From Alphaproteobacteria bacterium (GTDB lineage: Bacteria; Pseudomonadota; Alphaproteobacteria; Bin95), in contig CAXXWS020000002.1 of NCBI GenBank assembly GCA_963665325.3, positions 864,001 through 928,000 of the forward strand: a DNA stretch of 64,000 nt. Direction: 5' to 3'. Below, one piece after another: positions 26,914-38,401 of this stretch (its first letter is position 1; every line of letters begins with the position of its first letter). The position numbers and the translations under genes are program-made. The notes beneath the pieces were generated by a model, which saw only the letters and a list, made by a program, of their open reading frames with translations, was not told the origin of the DNA and did not search any database.

Positions 26914-29709
26914 ATGCGCAGACTTCCCGTCATCGCGATGGCCGTCGTGCTGACGGCGGCCGGTCTTGCGGCCGCCGCTTGGCTGGGTCCCCGCGCTCTG
27001 GACTGGTCGCACCTGGAGCTGCGTATCCGGGACGCGCTCGGCCGGGAGGTTTCGCTGAACGGCCCGATCCGGTTCGCGCTGCTGCCGCGGCCTGAATTGA
27101 CGATTGCCGGCGTCTCGGCCATCGACATCGATATCCGGGAGGTGAGGGCCGTTCTGGATACCGGGGCATTGCTGGCCGGCAGTCTCGAGATCCGCACGCT
27201 GCAGTTGACCGGCGTCGAACTCACCTTCGACCGATCGCTGATGAGGCCGTTGCCGCCGCTTTCCGCGCGCCGCATCCGCGTTGAGGACAGCACCGTCATA
27301 TTCGGGGATACGGTGGTGCCGGTCGAGACCGCAACACTGACGCTCAAGGGGCCGGAAGGCCCCTACCGCCTGGAAGCCGAGGCGGCACTGGACGGGCGGC
27401 GATTTCGGATCGCGGCGTCGGCCGGAGCATGGCAAGACCGGATCCCTGCAACAATTTCGTTCGACAATGACGGCTTCGAGGCGGTCGCGGTCGGCGCAAT
27501 TGCAACAGAACCGACGGCCGGCTTCGTTTTTTCCGGGCAACTCGCCGCACATGGGGAAGCCGCGTCGGGATGGAATGGCACATTCGATGCGGAGGTCGGG
27601 CTCGGTCCCGACGGTGCCGAGTTCACCGGCGTGGATGCCGTGGTCGGGGACCAGCGCTTCTCAGGCACGATAAGGGCGGACTGGCGGGAGGGTTCGACAA
27701 TCGACGCCCGCCTTTCGACAACTCTGCTCTCATTCGACGGCTGGCGGGATCGGTTCCGGCAACTCGCTGGCGCCGTGCCGGGTGCGCGCCTGCGCATCGG
27801 CCTCAATGCCGGCGCCGTGAAATCCGGCCAATGGACGGCGCGGCGGGTCGAGGCGGCATTCCGCCGCGACGCGGACGGGTTTGCGGTGGAAGCATTCGCC
27901 GCTGCGCTGCCGGGCGGAACGCAGGTGGAGATCACCGGAAACGGGCATGAGAGCGCCGCATTCTCCCTCAAGACGAAAAATCTGCGCGCGCTGTTGCTCT
28001 GGATCGGGATCGAGCCGGGCACCGTCGAGGAGGCCCGGCTGCGAAACTTCGAAGCCCGGGGCCGGCTCCGGCTTGCCGGAAAGGGCATTTCGTTCGAAGA
28101 CCTACGGGCGCGCTTCGAACGCGGCGATTTTGCATTTGAGGAGGTCCGGGGCCGGCTCGACGGCTCGCGAATCGAAGGCCGGTTCGCCCGGCGTGAAGGA
28201 GTGTTCGAAGCAAGACTGAACGCCGAGAACCTGCCGCTCGACCCCTATCGCCCGGCGTTCGAGGGCCGCTGGCCGAATCCGGGCGCGCTGCATCTCGATC
28301 TTGCCCGCACCCGGCTCTTTGGCGTTTCCGCAGGCAGGCTGCAACTGGCTGCCGAAATCGGAAAGGAGGGCAGGATCGCAGTGTCCCGGCTCGCCGTAGA
28401 GGAGGCCGGCGGCCTCTCGGTAGAGGGAAGCGCCAGCTTCGGCGCTGAGACCGCCTCGTTCCGGGTTTCGGGCCGGACCACCGATCTCGACCGAAGCGCA
28501 AACCTCTATGGCTTTCCTCTGCCGGTCGTCGCGCGCGGCCTCGGCGCCGTCGAATTCGAGGGGAGCGGCGAGGGGCCTTCGGACATGCTCCCGATAGACT
28601 TCCGGGCAAGCGCCGGCAGCCGGTCGTTTCGTGTTTCGGGGGATCTCGCTGAACGGGCGCGCTTTCAGGGGCGTGTCGAGCTGGAAGGCCCGCTGCCGCA
28701 CGGTTTGCGGCTGCCCGACAACGATAGTCCCGTAGTGCTGGCGGCATCGGTTTCGGCAACGCGCGACCAGGCTGAACTCGCCGACATCGACTTCCGGCTC
28801 GGAACGGTCCGGGTGCAGGGAAGCGGCTCCCTCTTGCTGGGCGGCGCACGGCCGTCGGCCAAGTTCGCGCTCGCGGCCGGGCGCGTCGATCTGCCCGCAC
28901 CGTCGCTGGATGTTCCGGTCTGGCGGCGCAGGCCGTTGGAGACCGGGCAGTTCGGAGCGTTCGACCTGGGCCTGGACCTTGCGGTCGAGGCGCTTGGCAT
29001 TGGCGGCGAGGTGCTGGACGACCTCAGGCTGGATCTTTCGCTCGCGCCCGAAGCTTGGCTGGTGAATGCCGCCGGCGCCGGCTGGCGGGGCGGGAGGTTG
29101 GCGCTCGAAGGCGGCTACCTGGCGAAGGATGGGCGCGCGCGTCTGAAACTGGATTTGCATGATGCCGTCTTGCCGCAACGCGGCGGTGTCGGCCCAAGCG
29201 GCGCCCGGACCGATGCACTTCTGGACCTGACGGCAGAAGGCCGTAGCCTGCACAGCCTGATCTCCACGCTCTCCGGCGCGGCGCGGTTCGAATTTTCCGG
29301 CGGGCGGCTGAACGGCGTCGATCCTGCCGGTGCGAGCAGCGCGCTGGACGAAGCGTCCACCTCGGCGGAAATGCTGCGCCGTTTGCGGATGGCGCTGATT
29401 TCGGGCGACAGCCCGCTCGTTTCGGGGCGCCTGGAGGCCCGCATTCAGGGAGGCGTCGCCAAACCGGTCGCCGGCAACTTTGCGCTTGCGGGCGGGCAGG
29501 TCGCGGTCTCCGGGTCGGCCGACCTGCAGCGCCGCCTGATCGACCTTGCTGGCCGGCTTGCCTTCCCCGACAGGCCGGAGGCGCTGCCGCTCGGGTTCTC
29601 CATCGCCGGCCCGCTGCATGCTCCCGACCGCCGCCCGGAAGTCGGGGCCGTCGAGGCGCTGCTCTTGTCCGACGGCGTGGCTGGACTCCTCAGATCGAAC
29701 GGGAACTGA
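26914..29709 (+). CDS. AsmA family protein
   Basis: N-terminal anchor, ALGREVSLNGPIRFALLPRP, beta-rich body, C-terminal LSGAARF...G.LNGVD...IAGPL. Confidence 0.75.
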   Translation: MRRLPVIAMAVVLTAAGLAAAAWLGPRALDWSHLELRIRDALGREVSLNGPIRFALLPRPELTIAGVSAIDIDIREVRAVLDTGALLAGSLEIRTLQLTGVELTFDRSLMRPLPPLSARRIRVEDSTVIFGDTVVPVETATLTLKGPEGPYRLEAEAALDGRRFRIAASAGAWQDRIPATISFDNDGFEAVAVGAIATEPTAGFVFSGQLAAHGEAASGWNGTFDAEVGLGPDGAEFTGVDAVVGDQRFSGTIRADWREGSTIDARLSTTLLSFDGWRDRFRQLAGAVPGARLRIGLNAGAVKSGQWTARRVEAAFRRDADGFAVEAFAAALPGGTQVEITGNGHESAAFSLKTKNLRALLLWIGIEPGTVEEARLRNFEARGRLRLAGKGISFEDLRARFERGDFAFEEVRGRLDGSRIEGRFARREGVFEARLNAENLPLDPYRPAFEGRWPNPGALHLDLARTRLFGVSAGRLQLAAEIGKEGRIAVSRLAVEEAGGLSVEGSASFGAETASFRVSGRTTDLDRSANLYGFPLPVVARGLGAVEFEGSGEGPSDMLPIDFRASAGSRSFRVSGDLAERARFQGRVELEGPLPHGLRLPDNDSPVVLAASVSATRDQAELADIDFRLGTVRVQGSGSLLLGGARPSAKFALAAGRVDLPAPSLDVPVWRRRPLETGQFGAFDLGLDLAVEALGIGGEVLDDLRLDLSLAPEAWLVNAAGAGWRGGRLALEGGYLAKDGRARLKLDLHDAVLPQRGGVGPSGARTDALLDLTAEGRSLHSLISTLSGAARFEFSGGRLNGVDPAGASSALDEASTSAEMLRRLRMALISGDSPLVSGRLEARIQGGVAKPVAGNFALAGGQVAVSGSADLQRRLIDLAGRLAFPDRPEALPLGFSIAGPLHAPDRRPEVGAVEALLLSDGVAGLLRSNGN

Positions 29710-30907
29710 GCCGGACCGCGTGCATGCCCGCAGCCTGCAGGGCTTCCAGGACCTGACCGACATGGGCTTCGTCCCGGGTTTCCAGCGCAACCTCGATGTC
29801 GGTGAGCTTGATCGGCACATCCTCGAACCAGCGCTGATGCTGGACCTCGACGATATTGCCGCCCGCCCTGGCAATCGCGGCGGTGGCGCGGGCGAGCCCG
29901 CCCGGCTGGTCCTGAATTTCGATGCGCAACCGTACCAGCCGCCCGCCGCGCACCAGGCCGCGCATCAGCACGGAGGCCAGCAAGCGGGCGTCGATATTGC
30001 CGCCCGAGACTACCAGGCCGACGCGCCGGCCGTGAAAGCGTTCGGGGTGGGACAGCACGGCGGCGAGCGCGGCGGCGCCTGCCCCCTCGGCCACGGTTTT
30101 CTCGATCTCGGCGAGAAGTTGCACCCCCTGTTCCATCGCCGCTTCATCGACGAGCAGGATGTCTTCGACCAGTTCGCGCACCAACGGCAGGGTCAGCGCG
30201 CCTGGCCGCTTGACAGCGATGCCCTCGGCGATGGTCGGGCCGCCCGGCGGCGGGGCAAGGCCGCGCAGTGCGTGGTGCATGGAGGGGTAGCCGGTCGCCT
30301 CGACGCCTATGACGCGGGTCTCGGGGCTGAGCGCCTGCGCGGCCAGTGCAATGCCGGCGATGAGCCCGCCGCCGCCGACGGGCACGACCAGGAAATCGAG
30401 GGCTGGCACGGCGCGCAGCATTTCCAGCCCGACGGTGCCCTGTCCCGCGACGATGCGCGCATCGTCATAGGGATGCACGAAGGTCAGGCCCTCCGCCTCT
30501 GCACGCTCGTGAATGAACGTCTCGCCCTCGGAGATGGTCTCGCCTCTCAGGATCACCTCCGCACCCAGAAACTCCGCCGCCCGGACCTTGCTGAACGGTG
30601 TCGCCTCCGGCATCACGATGGTGGCCGGAACGCCCATCCGCTTGGCGTGGTAGGCGACGCCCTGGGCATGGTTGCCGGCCGAAAGCGCAATGACGCCCGC
30701 CCGGCGCTGGGCCTCGTCGAGCTCGGCGAGGTAAATGTAGGCTCCCCGGTCCTTGAACGACGCTGTGTATTGCCGGTTCTCGAATTTCAGGAAGAGCTCG
30801 GCCCCGGAAATCGCGCTCAGCGTCTCGGACCGTAGGAACGGCGTGCGGACAATGCGCCCTTCCAGCAGGCGATCGGCCGCTTCGATGTCGGCGAAGGAAA
30901 TACTCAT
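29690..30907 (-). CDS. ilvA: Threonine ammonia-lyase (medium form with ACT domain)
   Basis: KFENRQYTASFKDRG, SAGNHAQG, PVGGGGL, SGGNID, C-terminal DQPGGL. Confidence 0.88.
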   Translation of the reverse strand: MSISFADIEAADRLLEGRIVRTPFLRSETLSAISGAELFLKFENRQYTASFKDRGAYIYLAELDEAQRRAGVIALSAGNHAQGVAYHAKRMGVPATIVMPEATPFSKVRAAEFLGAEVILRGETISEGETFIHERAEAEGLTFVHPYDDARIVAGQGTVGLEMLRAVPALDFLVVPVGGGGLIAGIALAAQALSPETRVIGVEATGYPSMHHALRGLAPPPGGPTIAEGIAVKRPGALTLPLVRELVEDILLVDEAAMEQGVQLLAEIEKTVAEGAGAAALAAVLSHPERFHGRRVGLVVSGGNIDARLLASVLMRGLVRGGRLVRLRIEIQDQPGGLARATAAIARAGGNIVEVQHQRWFEDVPIKLTDIEVALETRDEAHVGQVLEALQAAGMHAVRLSSRSI

Positions 30908-33078
30908 TCGGGCCGCAGCAGCAAACGGTGGACCGGCGGCTTTGCCGGTTCCAGCGTGATATAGGCACCGTCCCGCCACAGTTCCATAAGGTCGTCGTAA
31001 TGCGGCGAGAACGGGTTGCCCGACTGGCCGACCGCCTGGATGAAACGGGACTTGTCCAGATCGTCGAGGTTATAGATGGCCCGGTAGCCGGCGCCGTGGC
31101 TGTGGCGGAAGGGATGACGCTCGTCGCTGAAGCGTGCGCTGCCCCGGTTCACCGTGGTCGGCCCGCCGCCGGTCGCGATTTCGCGGTCGAGGAGGTCTCG
31201 CAGCAGAGGGATGCGCCCAGCCACCGGGTGGGCGAAACGCGCGCGGTGCACCTCGCCCCAGGGCGGCGTCTCGGCGCCGTAGCGTTCCTGGAGGAAGGCG
31301 ACCGCGCGGCGGTGCGCCATCGCGAGGCGGTCCTTGCATGTCTCCTTCGCCTTCGTGGCCGTGTCGTCGCACCAGGCGGGGCGGTCGAGCAGCGCCCGGC
31401 GGAGCACCAGCGGCCGATATGCCCACCACGCTTCGAACAACGGTCCCAGTTCATCGGCGAACACCGCGCGCATGGCCTCGCGGACCCAAGCCATATAGAT
31501 CAGCGGCTCCGGCCGATTCCGGGCCATGTCGCCGTCCCATGCCTGAAGGCGCGCATCCGGCACTGCGGAAAGCAGGTAGGGCAGCAATTCGCGCGCCGAC
31601 AGCGACACGGTGTCGTTCTGGATCGCTGCATGGGCCGCGCCGGCATCGAGCAGGGTTTCGATGCGGAGCGCGCGGTATGGCGCTTCCCATTCGCGGCCGA
31701 GATAATACGGATAGGTCTCGTCCACCAGGCGGTTGTTGGCGTTGACGATGCGCCCGGAAGGGGGATTGGCGCGGCGGGGCAGCCAGTCGAAGGGGATGAG
31801 GTGCGACCACCCGGTCTCGGCGGACACGTCAAAGCCGTCGCGCCGGTTCGGCACCCGCCCGGGCGTGACGATGCCGATGCGGCCGGTCCGGTCGGCATAG
31901 ACGATGTTCTGCTGCGGAGAGTGGAAGTCACGCAGCGCGGCAACGAAACCCGGCCAGTCCCGCGCCTCGTTCAATCGCCCAAGCGCCTCGGCCGTGCGGT
32001 CGTCATCGCGGAATGCCGGGCTCTCGACCGCCCAGCCTTCAGGCAGCGCATCGGAGAAATCCGACACGACGACACCGTTGCGGGTCCGGCGCAGCTCCAG
32101 TTCCACGCTTTCGCCCCAGCGCACCGCCAGCGTCTCTCGACGGACCGAATCGACTTCCGGGTGCGTAACGACATCGGCGGTGTCGGTGTGGGGTGTGGTC
32201 AATCCCCATGCAATGCTGCCGTTATGCCCGAGCACCATCAGGGGAACGCCGGGCGCCGTGGCGCCGGCCAGCGTGCCTTCCGGCGTCTCGATACGCGCCA
32301 GATACCAGATGTTCGGGATCGAGAAGCCGAGATGCGGATCGTTGGCGAGCACGGTCGGTTCGCTGACGGCCCAGACATTCGAGGCGCCGCCGCTTCCGAC
32401 GCCCGGCAGGGTTACGGGATCGTCCACGGCCGAGAGCGGCCAGAGGTCCTCTATCTGTTCCTGCGTCAGCCGCTCGGCCATGCGCGCGCGCATGGCCTCT
32501 GCCTGCCAATTGCCGATGAGCCTAAAGGCCATCATCCGCCCCCAGATCATGGAATCGGCGATCCGCCAAGGCTCGGGTTCGTAGAACAGTAGGGCGACTT
32601 CCCAAGGCAATGCGCCGGCGCGCGCGCCGAGCCAGGCATTGACGCCGGCGGCGTAGGCTTCGGCCGTGCGGCGAAGGTCGGGCGGCAGAGCGGCCGCTTG
32701 GCCTTCTGCCTGCTGCAAGAGGCCGAGGCCGCGCGTATAGCGGTCGAGGCCGAGCGCCATGCTCCCGACAAGTTCGCTCATGCGCCCTGACCCCCCGCGG
32801 CGCATGAGTTCCATTTGCGCGAACCGGTCCTGGGCGTGTGCGTAGCCGAGACCGAAGGCGGCGTCGGTCCTGTTGTCGGCCCGGATGGTCGGCACGCCGT
32901 AGCGGTCGCGCAGAAGCTGGACGGGCCCCTCGATGCCTGCCAGCCGCAATTCTCCGTCGAGCTGCGGCAGAGAGCTGCTCAGCCAGAGCAGCACGGCACC
33001 GACCGTCATAATTGCTATAACCGGAAGAGCGACGGCGAGGCGCAGCACCCAGCGCCAGAACCGCCGCCGAAGGCTCAC
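30904..33078 (-). CDS. Penicillin acylase family (Ntn) amidase
   Basis: RDRYGVPTI, GYAHAQDR, ASNVWAV catalytic Ser, LANDPHL, GQSGNPFSPHYDD. Confidence 0.92.
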   Translation of the reverse strand: MSLRRRFWRWVLRLAVALPVIAIMTVGAVLLWLSSSLPQLDGELRLAGIEGPVQLLRDRYGVPTIRADNRTDAAFGLGYAHAQDRFAQMELMRRGGSGRMSELVGSMALGLDRYTRGLGLLQQAEGQAAALPPDLRRTAEAYAAGVNAWLGARAGALPWEVALLFYEPEPWRIADSMIWGRMMAFRLIGNWQAEAMRARMAERLTQEQIEDLWPLSAVDDPVTLPGVGSGGASNVWAVSEPTVLANDPHLGFSIPNIWYLARIETPEGTLAGATAPGVPLMVLGHNGSIAWGLTTPHTDTADVVTHPEVDSVRRETLAVRWGESVELELRRTRNGVVVSDFSDALPEGWAVESPAFRDDDRTAEALGRLNEARDWPGFVAALRDFHSPQQNIVYADRTGRIGIVTPGRVPNRRDGFDVSAETGWSHLIPFDWLPRRANPPSGRIVNANNRLVDETYPYYLGREWEAPYRALRIETLLDAGAAHAAIQNDTVSLSARELLPYLLSAVPDARLQAWDGDMARNRPEPLIYMAWVREAMRAVFADELGPLFEAWWAYRPLVLRRALLDRPAWCDDTATKAKETCKDRLAMAHRRAVAFLQERYGAETPPWGEVHRARFAHPVAGRIPLLRDLLDREIATGGGPTTVNRGSARFSDERHPFRHSHGAGYRAIYNLDDLDKSRFIQAVGQSGNPFSPHYDDLMELWRDGAYITLEPAKPPVHRLLLRPE

Positions 33079-33088
33079 GGCAGCCAGC

Positions 33089-34270
33089 TCACGGGGAGGC
33101 TGCGGCGGCGCGCACCGCCAATTCCTCCAGGATGCGTTCGCGGTCCTGATCGACGTCCGGAGCCGTCGCGCGGGCCGGTGGATCGTCGAAGCCGGAGAGC
33201 TTGATTGGATTGCCGGCGACCTCGAGCCGCCCGGCGGTCGGGTCGTCCACCTCGACCACCATGTTGCGGGGCTCCACTTGCGGATGCGCCATCACCGTGG
33301 CGATGTCATTGATGCCGCTCGCCGGGATGCCGGCCGGGTCGAGCAGTGCAAGCCAGTCGGCCGTGCTGCGGGCGACGAGCATGGACTCGATCTCCGGCTC
33401 CAGGCTCGCCTGGTTTTCGTTGCGCAGGTTGTTGGAGGCGTAGCGCGGGTCGTCCTTCAGGTCCGCCCGATCGAGAATGTCGCAGAATCGGCGGAACATG
33501 ATGTCGTTCCCCGCGGCCACCACCATCCAGCCATCCAGGGTGCGGAAGGTTTGGAACGGCGTGATCGAGGGATGCCGCCCGCCGAGCGGCCCCGGCGCCA
33601 CGCCTGTTGCGCCGTAGCGGGCGACCGCGTTCTCGCAAAGCGCGATCTGGCAGTCGAGCATGCCGATGTCGAGCTTGCGGCCCCGGCCTGTCCGGGCGCG
33701 GTCGTATAGCGCGGTCACGATGCCGATGGTCGTGAACAGCCCGGCGCCGATATCGCCGATGGACATGCCGACGCGGGTCGGCTCCTGGCCCGGCTGGCCG
33801 GTAATCGACATGATGCCGCCCATCGCCTGCACCACCATGTCATAGGCGGGACGCTTGGAATGCGGGCCGGTATGGCCGAAACCCGAGCAGGCCGCGTAGA
33901 TCAGCGCCGGATAGCGGTCCTTGAGGTCGTCCCAGCCATAGCCGAGCTTCTCCATCGTGCCGGGGCGGAAATTCTCGGCCACCACGTCGGCGCCCGCCAG
34001 CAGCGCCTCGAACACGGCGCGGTCGCCATCGCTCTTGAGGTCGAGCGCAATGCTCTCCTTGCCGCGGTTGACGGAGATGAAATAGGCGGACTTGCCGTTG
34101 ACGAACGGGCCGTATTCGCGGGCGTCGTCGCCGCGGCCGGGCGTTTCCACCTTGATGACGCGGGCGCCGAGTTCGGCGAGGATCATGGTGGAATACGGCC
34201 CCGCCAGCACGCGGGTGAGGTCGATGACGGTGACGCCGCTGAGCGGCCCCTGGGTCTCCTGGGTCGGCAT
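33089..34270 (-). CDS. CaiB/BaiF family III CoA transferase
   Basis: PLSGVTVIDLTRVLAGP, NRGKES, ENFRPG, PAYDMVVQAMGG. Confidence 0.93.
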   Translation of the reverse strand: MPTQETQGPLSGVTVIDLTRVLAGPYSTMILAELGARVIKVETPGRGDDAREYGPFVNGKSAYFISVNRGKESIALDLKSDGDRAVFEALLAGADVVAENFRPGTMEKLGYGWDDLKDRYPALIYAACSGFGHTGPHSKRPAYDMVVQAMGGIMSITGQPGQEPTRVGMSIGDIGAGLFTTIGIVTALYDRARTGRGRKLDIGMLDCQIALCENAVARYGATGVAPGPLGGRHPSITPFQTFRTLDGWMVVAAGNDIMFRRFCDILDRADLKDDPRYASNNLRNENQASLEPEIESMLVARSTADWLALLDPAGIPASGINDIATVMAHPQVEPRNMVVEVDDPTAGRLEVAGNPIKLSGFDDPPARATAPDVDQDRERILEELAVRAAAASP

Positions 34271-34426
34271 GGGCAAAGCGGTTCCCGGTTGCGGATACGA
34301 ACGGCCAGCATAACCCCGACCGACCCGCCGTCACAGGGGCGGAGGGCGCACATTCCCGGCTCTTCTTGAAGCCGGTCTGCGGACGGGGTATCGGTGCGGT
34401 TGGAATTTTCGGGGGGAGCGGCGCCG

Positions 34427-34714
34427 ATGGCGTTGGACCGCGAGACCGTCGAGCGCATTGCCGCGCTCGCCCGTATCGACATCGCCGAGGAGGAGCAGGA
34501 CGCCCTCGCCGGGGAGCTCAACGCGATTCTGGGCTGGGTCGAAACCCTGAACGAGGTCGATACTGAAAATGTGGCGCCGATGACCTCGGTGGGCGGCCAC
34601 AGCCTGCCCTGGCGCGCCGACAAGGTGGACGATGGCGGCTACCCGGACCGCATCCTTGCCAATGCGCCCGACGCCGCAGGCGCGTTCTTTGCCGTGCCCA
34701 AGGTGGTGGAGTGA
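34427..34714 (+). CDS. gatC: Asp/Glu-tRNA amidotransferase subunit C
   Basis: [30 protein letters not shown]. Confidence 0.95.
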   Translation: MALDRETVERIAALARIDIAEEEQDALAGELNAILGWVETLNEVDTENVAPMTSVGGHSLPWRADKVDDGGYPDRILANAPDAAGAFFAVPKVVE

Positions 34715-36180
34715 TGCGCCGCCTCGGCATTGCCGACATTCGCGCCGGCCTTGCGGGCGGGGATTTCTCGGCGGTCGAGCTGGTCGAAGACCGGCTGGCG
34801 GCGTTGGAGGGCGCCGAGGCGCTGAACGCCGTCGTCACGCTGATGCCCGACCGGGCGCTGGAAGCCGCGCGGGCGGCCGACCGCCGGCGCGCTGCCGGCG
34901 AGCCGGCGCTGCCGCTCGATGGTGTGCCGGTCGCGGTCAAGGACCTGTTCTGCACCGAGGGACAGCGCACCACGGCCTCGTCGGCCATGCTGGAAGGCTT
35001 CGTTCCTCCTTACGAGTCGACGGTCACGGCCAATCTCATCGCGGCCGGCGCGGCGCTTGCCGCCAAGACCAATCTCGACGAGTTCGCCATGGGCTCCTCC
35101 ACTGTGACCTCGTATTTCGGCCCGGCGATCAATCCCTGGAAGGCCGAGGCCGACTCGCGCCCGCGCGCGCCCGGCGGCTCCTCCGGCGGTTCGGCCGCGC
35201 TGGTGGCGGCGTCCGTCGTTCCGGCCGCTCTCGGCACGGACACGGGCGGCTCTATCCGCCAGCCGGCGGCCTTTTCCGGCATTGTCGGCCTCAAGCCTAC
35301 TTATGGGCGCTGCTCGCGTTGGGGCATCGTGGCTTTTGCCTCTTCGCTGGACCAGGCCGGCCCGATGACCCGGAGCGTGCGCGATGCGGCCATCCTGCTC
35401 GCCGCCATGGCGGGTCACGACCCGAAGGATTCGACCAGCGCGCAGCAGACCGTGCCCGACTTCGAGGCTGCGCTCGGCGGCGGCGTGCGGGGGCTGCGCA
35501 TCGGCGTGCCGCGCGAATATCGCGTGGACGGCATGCCCGATGAGCTGGATGCGCTCTGGAAGCGGGGCGCTGCCTGGCTGAAGGAGGCCGGTGCGGAGAT
35601 CGTCGATATCTCGCTGCCGCACACGCATTATGCCCTGCCGACCTACTACATCGTCGCGCCCGCGGAGGCGTCGTCCAACCTCGCCCGCTATGACGGGGTG
35701 CGCTACGGCCTGCGCGTGTCGGCTGACGCTATCGAGGAGCAGTATGCGCGCACCCGGCGCGCCGGCTTCGGGGCCGAGGTGCGCCGGCGGGTGCTGATCG
35801 GCACCTATGTGCTCTCCGCCGGCTACTATGATGCTTACTATACCAAGGCGCAGCGTGTGCGCCGGCTGATCGCGCGCGATTTCGAGCAGGCGTTCGAGGC
35901 GGTCGATGCGGTGCTGACGCCAACTGCGCCGACCGCCGCGTTCCCGCTCGGGGAGAAGATGGACGACCCGATTGCGATGTATCTGAACGATGTCTTCACC
36001 GTGCCAGCGAGCCTGGCGGGCCTGCCCGCGGTTTCGCTGCCGGCCGGGTTGGACAGCGAGGGCATGCCGCTCGGCTTGCAGCTCATTGGAAGGCCGTTCG
36101 ACGAGGAGACGGTGTTGCGTGCGGCCGAAGCGCTGGAAGAGGCTGCCGGCTTCGACGTCGAGCCGGAGTTCGTGCTGTGA
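34714..36180 (+). CDS. gatA: Asp/Glu-tRNA amidotransferase subunit A
   Basis: [41 protein letters not shown]. Confidence 0.97.
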   Translation: MRRLGIADIRAGLAGGDFSAVELVEDRLAALEGAEALNAVVTLMPDRALEAARAADRRRAAGEPALPLDGVPVAVKDLFCTEGQRTTASSAMLEGFVPPYESTVTANLIAAGAALAAKTNLDEFAMGSSTVTSYFGPAINPWKAEADSRPRAPGGSSGGSAALVAASVVPAALGTDTGGSIRQPAAFSGIVGLKPTYGRCSRWGIVAFASSLDQAGPMTRSVRDAAILLAAMAGHDPKDSTSAQQTVPDFEAALGGGVRGLRIGVPREYRVDGMPDELDALWKRGAAWLKEAGAEIVDISLPHTHYALPTYYIVAPAEASSNLARYDGVRYGLRVSADAIEEQYARTRRAGFGAEVRRRVLIGTYVLSAGYYDAYYTKAQRVRRLIARDFEQAFEAVDAVLTPTAPTAAFPLGEKMDDPIAMYLNDVFTVPASLAGLPAVSLPAGLDSEGMPLGLQLIGRPFDEETVLRAAEALEEAAGFDVEPEFVL

Positions 36181-37616
36181 GCGCCGTCATCGAAGGCCGG
36201 GACGGCGTGTGGGAATACGCTATCGGTCTGGAGGTCCATGCGCAGGTGGCCTCGGCGGCGAAGCTGTTCTCCGGGGCGCCGACCGACTTCGGCGCTGACC
36301 CCAATTCCCAGGTCAGCCTCGTCGATGCTGCCATGCCGGGCATGCTGCCGGTCATCAACCGGGTCTGTATCGAGCAGGCGGTCCGCACCGGCCTCGGCTT
36401 CGGCGGCACTATCGCCCGCCACTCGGTGTTCGACCGCAAGAACTACTTCTACCCGGACCTGCCGCAGGGCTACCAGATCTCGCAATATTCCGACCCCGTC
36501 GTGGTGGGCGGGACGGTGGAGATTCCGGAGCGCACCGTGCGGATCACCCGCCTGCACCTGGAGCAGGACGCGGGCAAGAGCGTGCATGATCGCGACCCGG
36601 ACCGGACCCTGATCGACCTGAACCGCTCCGGCGTGGCGCTGATGGAGATCGTGAGCGAACCGGACATGCGCAGCCCCGAGGAGGCCGCTGAGTTCCTCAC
36701 GCGCCTCCGCGCCCTGCTGCGTTGGCTCGGCACCTGCGACGGCAACATGCAGGAGGGCTCATTGCGCTGCGACGCGAACGTGTCGGTGCGCCGACCCGGC
36801 GCGGAACTCGGCACGCGCACGGAGATCAAGAACCTGAATTCGATCCGCTTCCTCCGCGAAGCCATCGAATATGAGGGACAGCGCCAGGTCGGGGTTCTCG
36901 AGTCGGGCGGCGAGATCGAGCAGGAGACCCGGCTGTTCGATCCCGACCGGGGCGAGACCCGCGCGATGCGCACCAAGGAAGACGCGCACGATTACCGCTA
37001 TTTCCCCGATCCGGACCTGCTGCCTCTGGAACTCGACGAGGCCTTTATCGAGGACATCCGCACCTCCATGCCGGAACTGCCGGAGGCGCGGCGCGAGCGC
37101 TTCGTCGAGCAACTCGGCCTCTTGGATTACGACGCCGAACTGCTGACGGCGGAGCGTGCCCGCGCCGACTATTTCGAAGCCGCTTCCGAGGGACGGGACG
37201 CCAAGCAGGCCGCGAATTGGGTCGCGGGCGAACTGCTCGGGCGGCTGAACAAGGAGGGGCTGGAGATCGAAGCCGCGCCCATTCCCGCGGCCGGGCTCGG
37301 CGAACTCATCGACCTGGTCTCCGACGGCACGCTCTCGGGACGCATGGGCCGCGAGGTGTTCGAGGCCATGTGGGAAACCGGCCGGCCCGCCCCCGCCATT
37401 GTCGAGGAACGGGGCCTGAAGCAGATCTCGGACACGGGCGCGCTGGAATCGCTGGTGGAAGAATTACTGACGGGCGAGCCCGACAAGGTGGAAGAATACC
37501 GCGCCGGCAGGACGAAGCTGCTCGGCTTCTTCGTCGGGCAGGTGATGAAGGCGACCGGCGGCAAGGCCAATCCGAAAGTGGTGAACGAACTTCTGCGGGC
37601 CAGACTGGAGGAATAG
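36177..37616 (+). CDS. gatB: Asp/Glu-tRNA amidotransferase subunit B
   Basis: [36 protein letters not shown]. Confidence 0.98.
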   Translation: MSAVIEGRDGVWEYAIGLEVHAQVASAAKLFSGAPTDFGADPNSQVSLVDAAMPGMLPVINRVCIEQAVRTGLGFGGTIARHSVFDRKNYFYPDLPQGYQISQYSDPVVVGGTVEIPERTVRITRLHLEQDAGKSVHDRDPDRTLIDLNRSGVALMEIVSEPDMRSPEEAAEFLTRLRALLRWLGTCDGNMQEGSLRCDANVSVRRPGAELGTRTEIKNLNSIRFLREAIEYEGQRQVGVLESGGEIEQETRLFDPDRGETRAMRTKEDAHDYRYFPDPDLLPLELDEAFIEDIRTSMPELPEARRERFVEQLGLLDYDAELLTAERARADYFEAASEGRDAKQAANWVAGELLGRLNKEGLEIEAAPIPAAGLGELIDLVSDGTLSGRMGREVFEAMWETGRPAPAIVEERGLKQISDTGALESLVEELLTGEPDKVEEYRAGRTKLLGFFVGQVMKATGGKANPKVVNELLRARLEE

Positions 37617-37621
37617 AGGAC

Positions 37622-38392
37622 ATGGCGAAGGACAAGGCGGTTCTGATTACCGGAGCCGGCAGCGGCATCGGGGAAGCCTGCGCGCATGCGTTCGCGGCTG
37701 CGGGCGCGCGTCTGGCGTTGGCGGACATCGACCGGGCGGCGGCGGAGCGGGTCGCGGAGGCCTGCGGCGGCGTGGCAGCGGTCATCGAGGCCGATTGCGG
37801 CGATGTCGCTTCCATCGAGGCGATGGTGGAAGCGGCCGCCGGCGCGTTGGGCGGCCTCGACGCCTCGGTCAACAATGCCGGCGTCACCCGTCATGCGGAC
37901 ATCATGGACCTGACGGAGCATGACTGGGACCGCATCCACCGGGTGAATTCCAAGGGCGTCTTCTTCTGCCTGCAGAGCGTGGCGCGGCAGATGATCGCCC
38001 AGGGCAGGGGCGGGCGCATCGTCAACATCGCCTCGATTGCCGGACGCGGTTTCAAGGGGACTTCCAACGCCGCTTACGCCGCCAGCAAGGGCGCCGTCAT
38101 CTCGCTCACCAAGACCGCGGCCCAGCAATTGGGACGCCACGACATCAATGTGAACGCGGTCTGCCCGGGCGTGACCTTCACCGCTCTGGTGGAACAGCTC
38201 GTCCGCGACCGGTCCGCCGCGCGCGGCATCTCTGCCGACGAGATGCGCCGGAGCATGGAGGCCCCGATCCCCATCGGGCGGGGCAACGATCCTGCCGACA
38301 TCGCCGCGCTTTGCGTGTTCCTGGCCGGGCCTGACGCCCGCAATGTCACCGGGCAGGCCTGGAACGTGGACGGGGGGCTGGTGCCCAGCTGA
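37622..38392 (+). CDS. SDR family oxidoreductase
   Basis: TGAGSGIG, NNAG, YAASK, VNAVCPG; GAGG RBS. Confidence 0.93.
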   Translation: MAKDKAVLITGAGSGIGEACAHAFAAAGARLALADIDRAAAERVAEACGGVAAVIEADCGDVASIEAMVEAAAGALGGLDASVNNAGVTRHADIMDLTEHDWDRIHRVNSKGVFFCLQSVARQMIAQGRGGRIVNIASIAGRGFKGTSNAAYAASKGAVISLTKTAAQQLGRHDINVNAVCPGVTFTALVEQLVRDRSAARGISADEMRRSMEAPIPIGRGNDPADIAALCVFLAGPDARNVTGQAWNVDGGLVPS

Positions 38393-38401
38393 CCCGGGCG
38401 T

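Noticed and set aside
29690-29709. 20-bp convergent overlap of the asmA-like gene and ilvA
   Set aside because: Short 3' overlaps are common in compact GC-rich genomes.
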